A DNA stretch of 64,000 nt from Camelus ferus (lineage: Eukaryota): contig NC_045707.1 in assembly GCF_009834535.1 (NCBI RefSeq), forward strand, positions 46,874,001 to 46,938,000, given 5' to 3'. The notes beneath the pieces were generated by a model. It was given only the letters and a program-made list of their open reading frames with translations, was not told the origin of the DNA and did no database searches. The position numbers and the translations under genes are program-made. This document shows positions 63,761 to 64,000 of the stretch, piece after piece (the first letter of the stretch is position 1; every line of letters starts with the position of its first letter).

Positions 63761-64000
63761 GATTTCTGTTTAGTTTAGCTCCCTCATTTCTTCCCCAGTT
63801 GGAAAGCTGCAATAAGAATCTGACCTTCTACTTCCTAAACCAGAAGTCTTTTAATTAAGAGTATTACATTGAGATTTCCAGATTAATAATTTCATGTTTT
63901 GCTATTTTGCCACTACTAATTATTCACACAAAGGCTGATTTCAAGATAAGTGTGCATTAAAAATCAAAAAAGCATACACAAATTTATCCATGTGACAGAA

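Overview
Mammalian genomic DNA, very probably camelid: it carries two tRNA-derived SINEs of the camelid Vic-1 type and camelid-style L1 3' ends. The window is repeat-rich and looks intronic or intergenic, and no host protein-coding gene can be named. The dominant feature is a young, full-length (~7.1 kb) LINE-1 on the minus strand (179-7285). It has a CpG-rich 5'UTR, ORF1 with one nonsense codon, a 403-nt inter-ORF spacer holding a 75-codon ATG ORF that overlaps the ORF2 start, and ORF2 with four frame lesions plus substitutions at two endonuclease catalytic residues. The rest is nested older repeats (truncated L1s, six MLT1/MaLR LTRs, Tigger and hAT fossils, L2, MIR), microsatellites, short perfect tandem duplications, and repeat-poor, motif-rich stretches with possible minus-strand exons. 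The most unusual observations are (i) a SINE-unique flank-oligo(T)-L1 3'-end chimera within one target-site duplication (TSD), built like U6/L1 chimeras, (ii) a retrotransposed 5' half of tRNA-Glu(CTC) with a perfect 15-bp TSD and a (TC)n junction, and (iii) the spacer ORF of the L1. Repeat family names come from recalled consensus sequences, not a database search, and boundaries of the old repeats are approximate.
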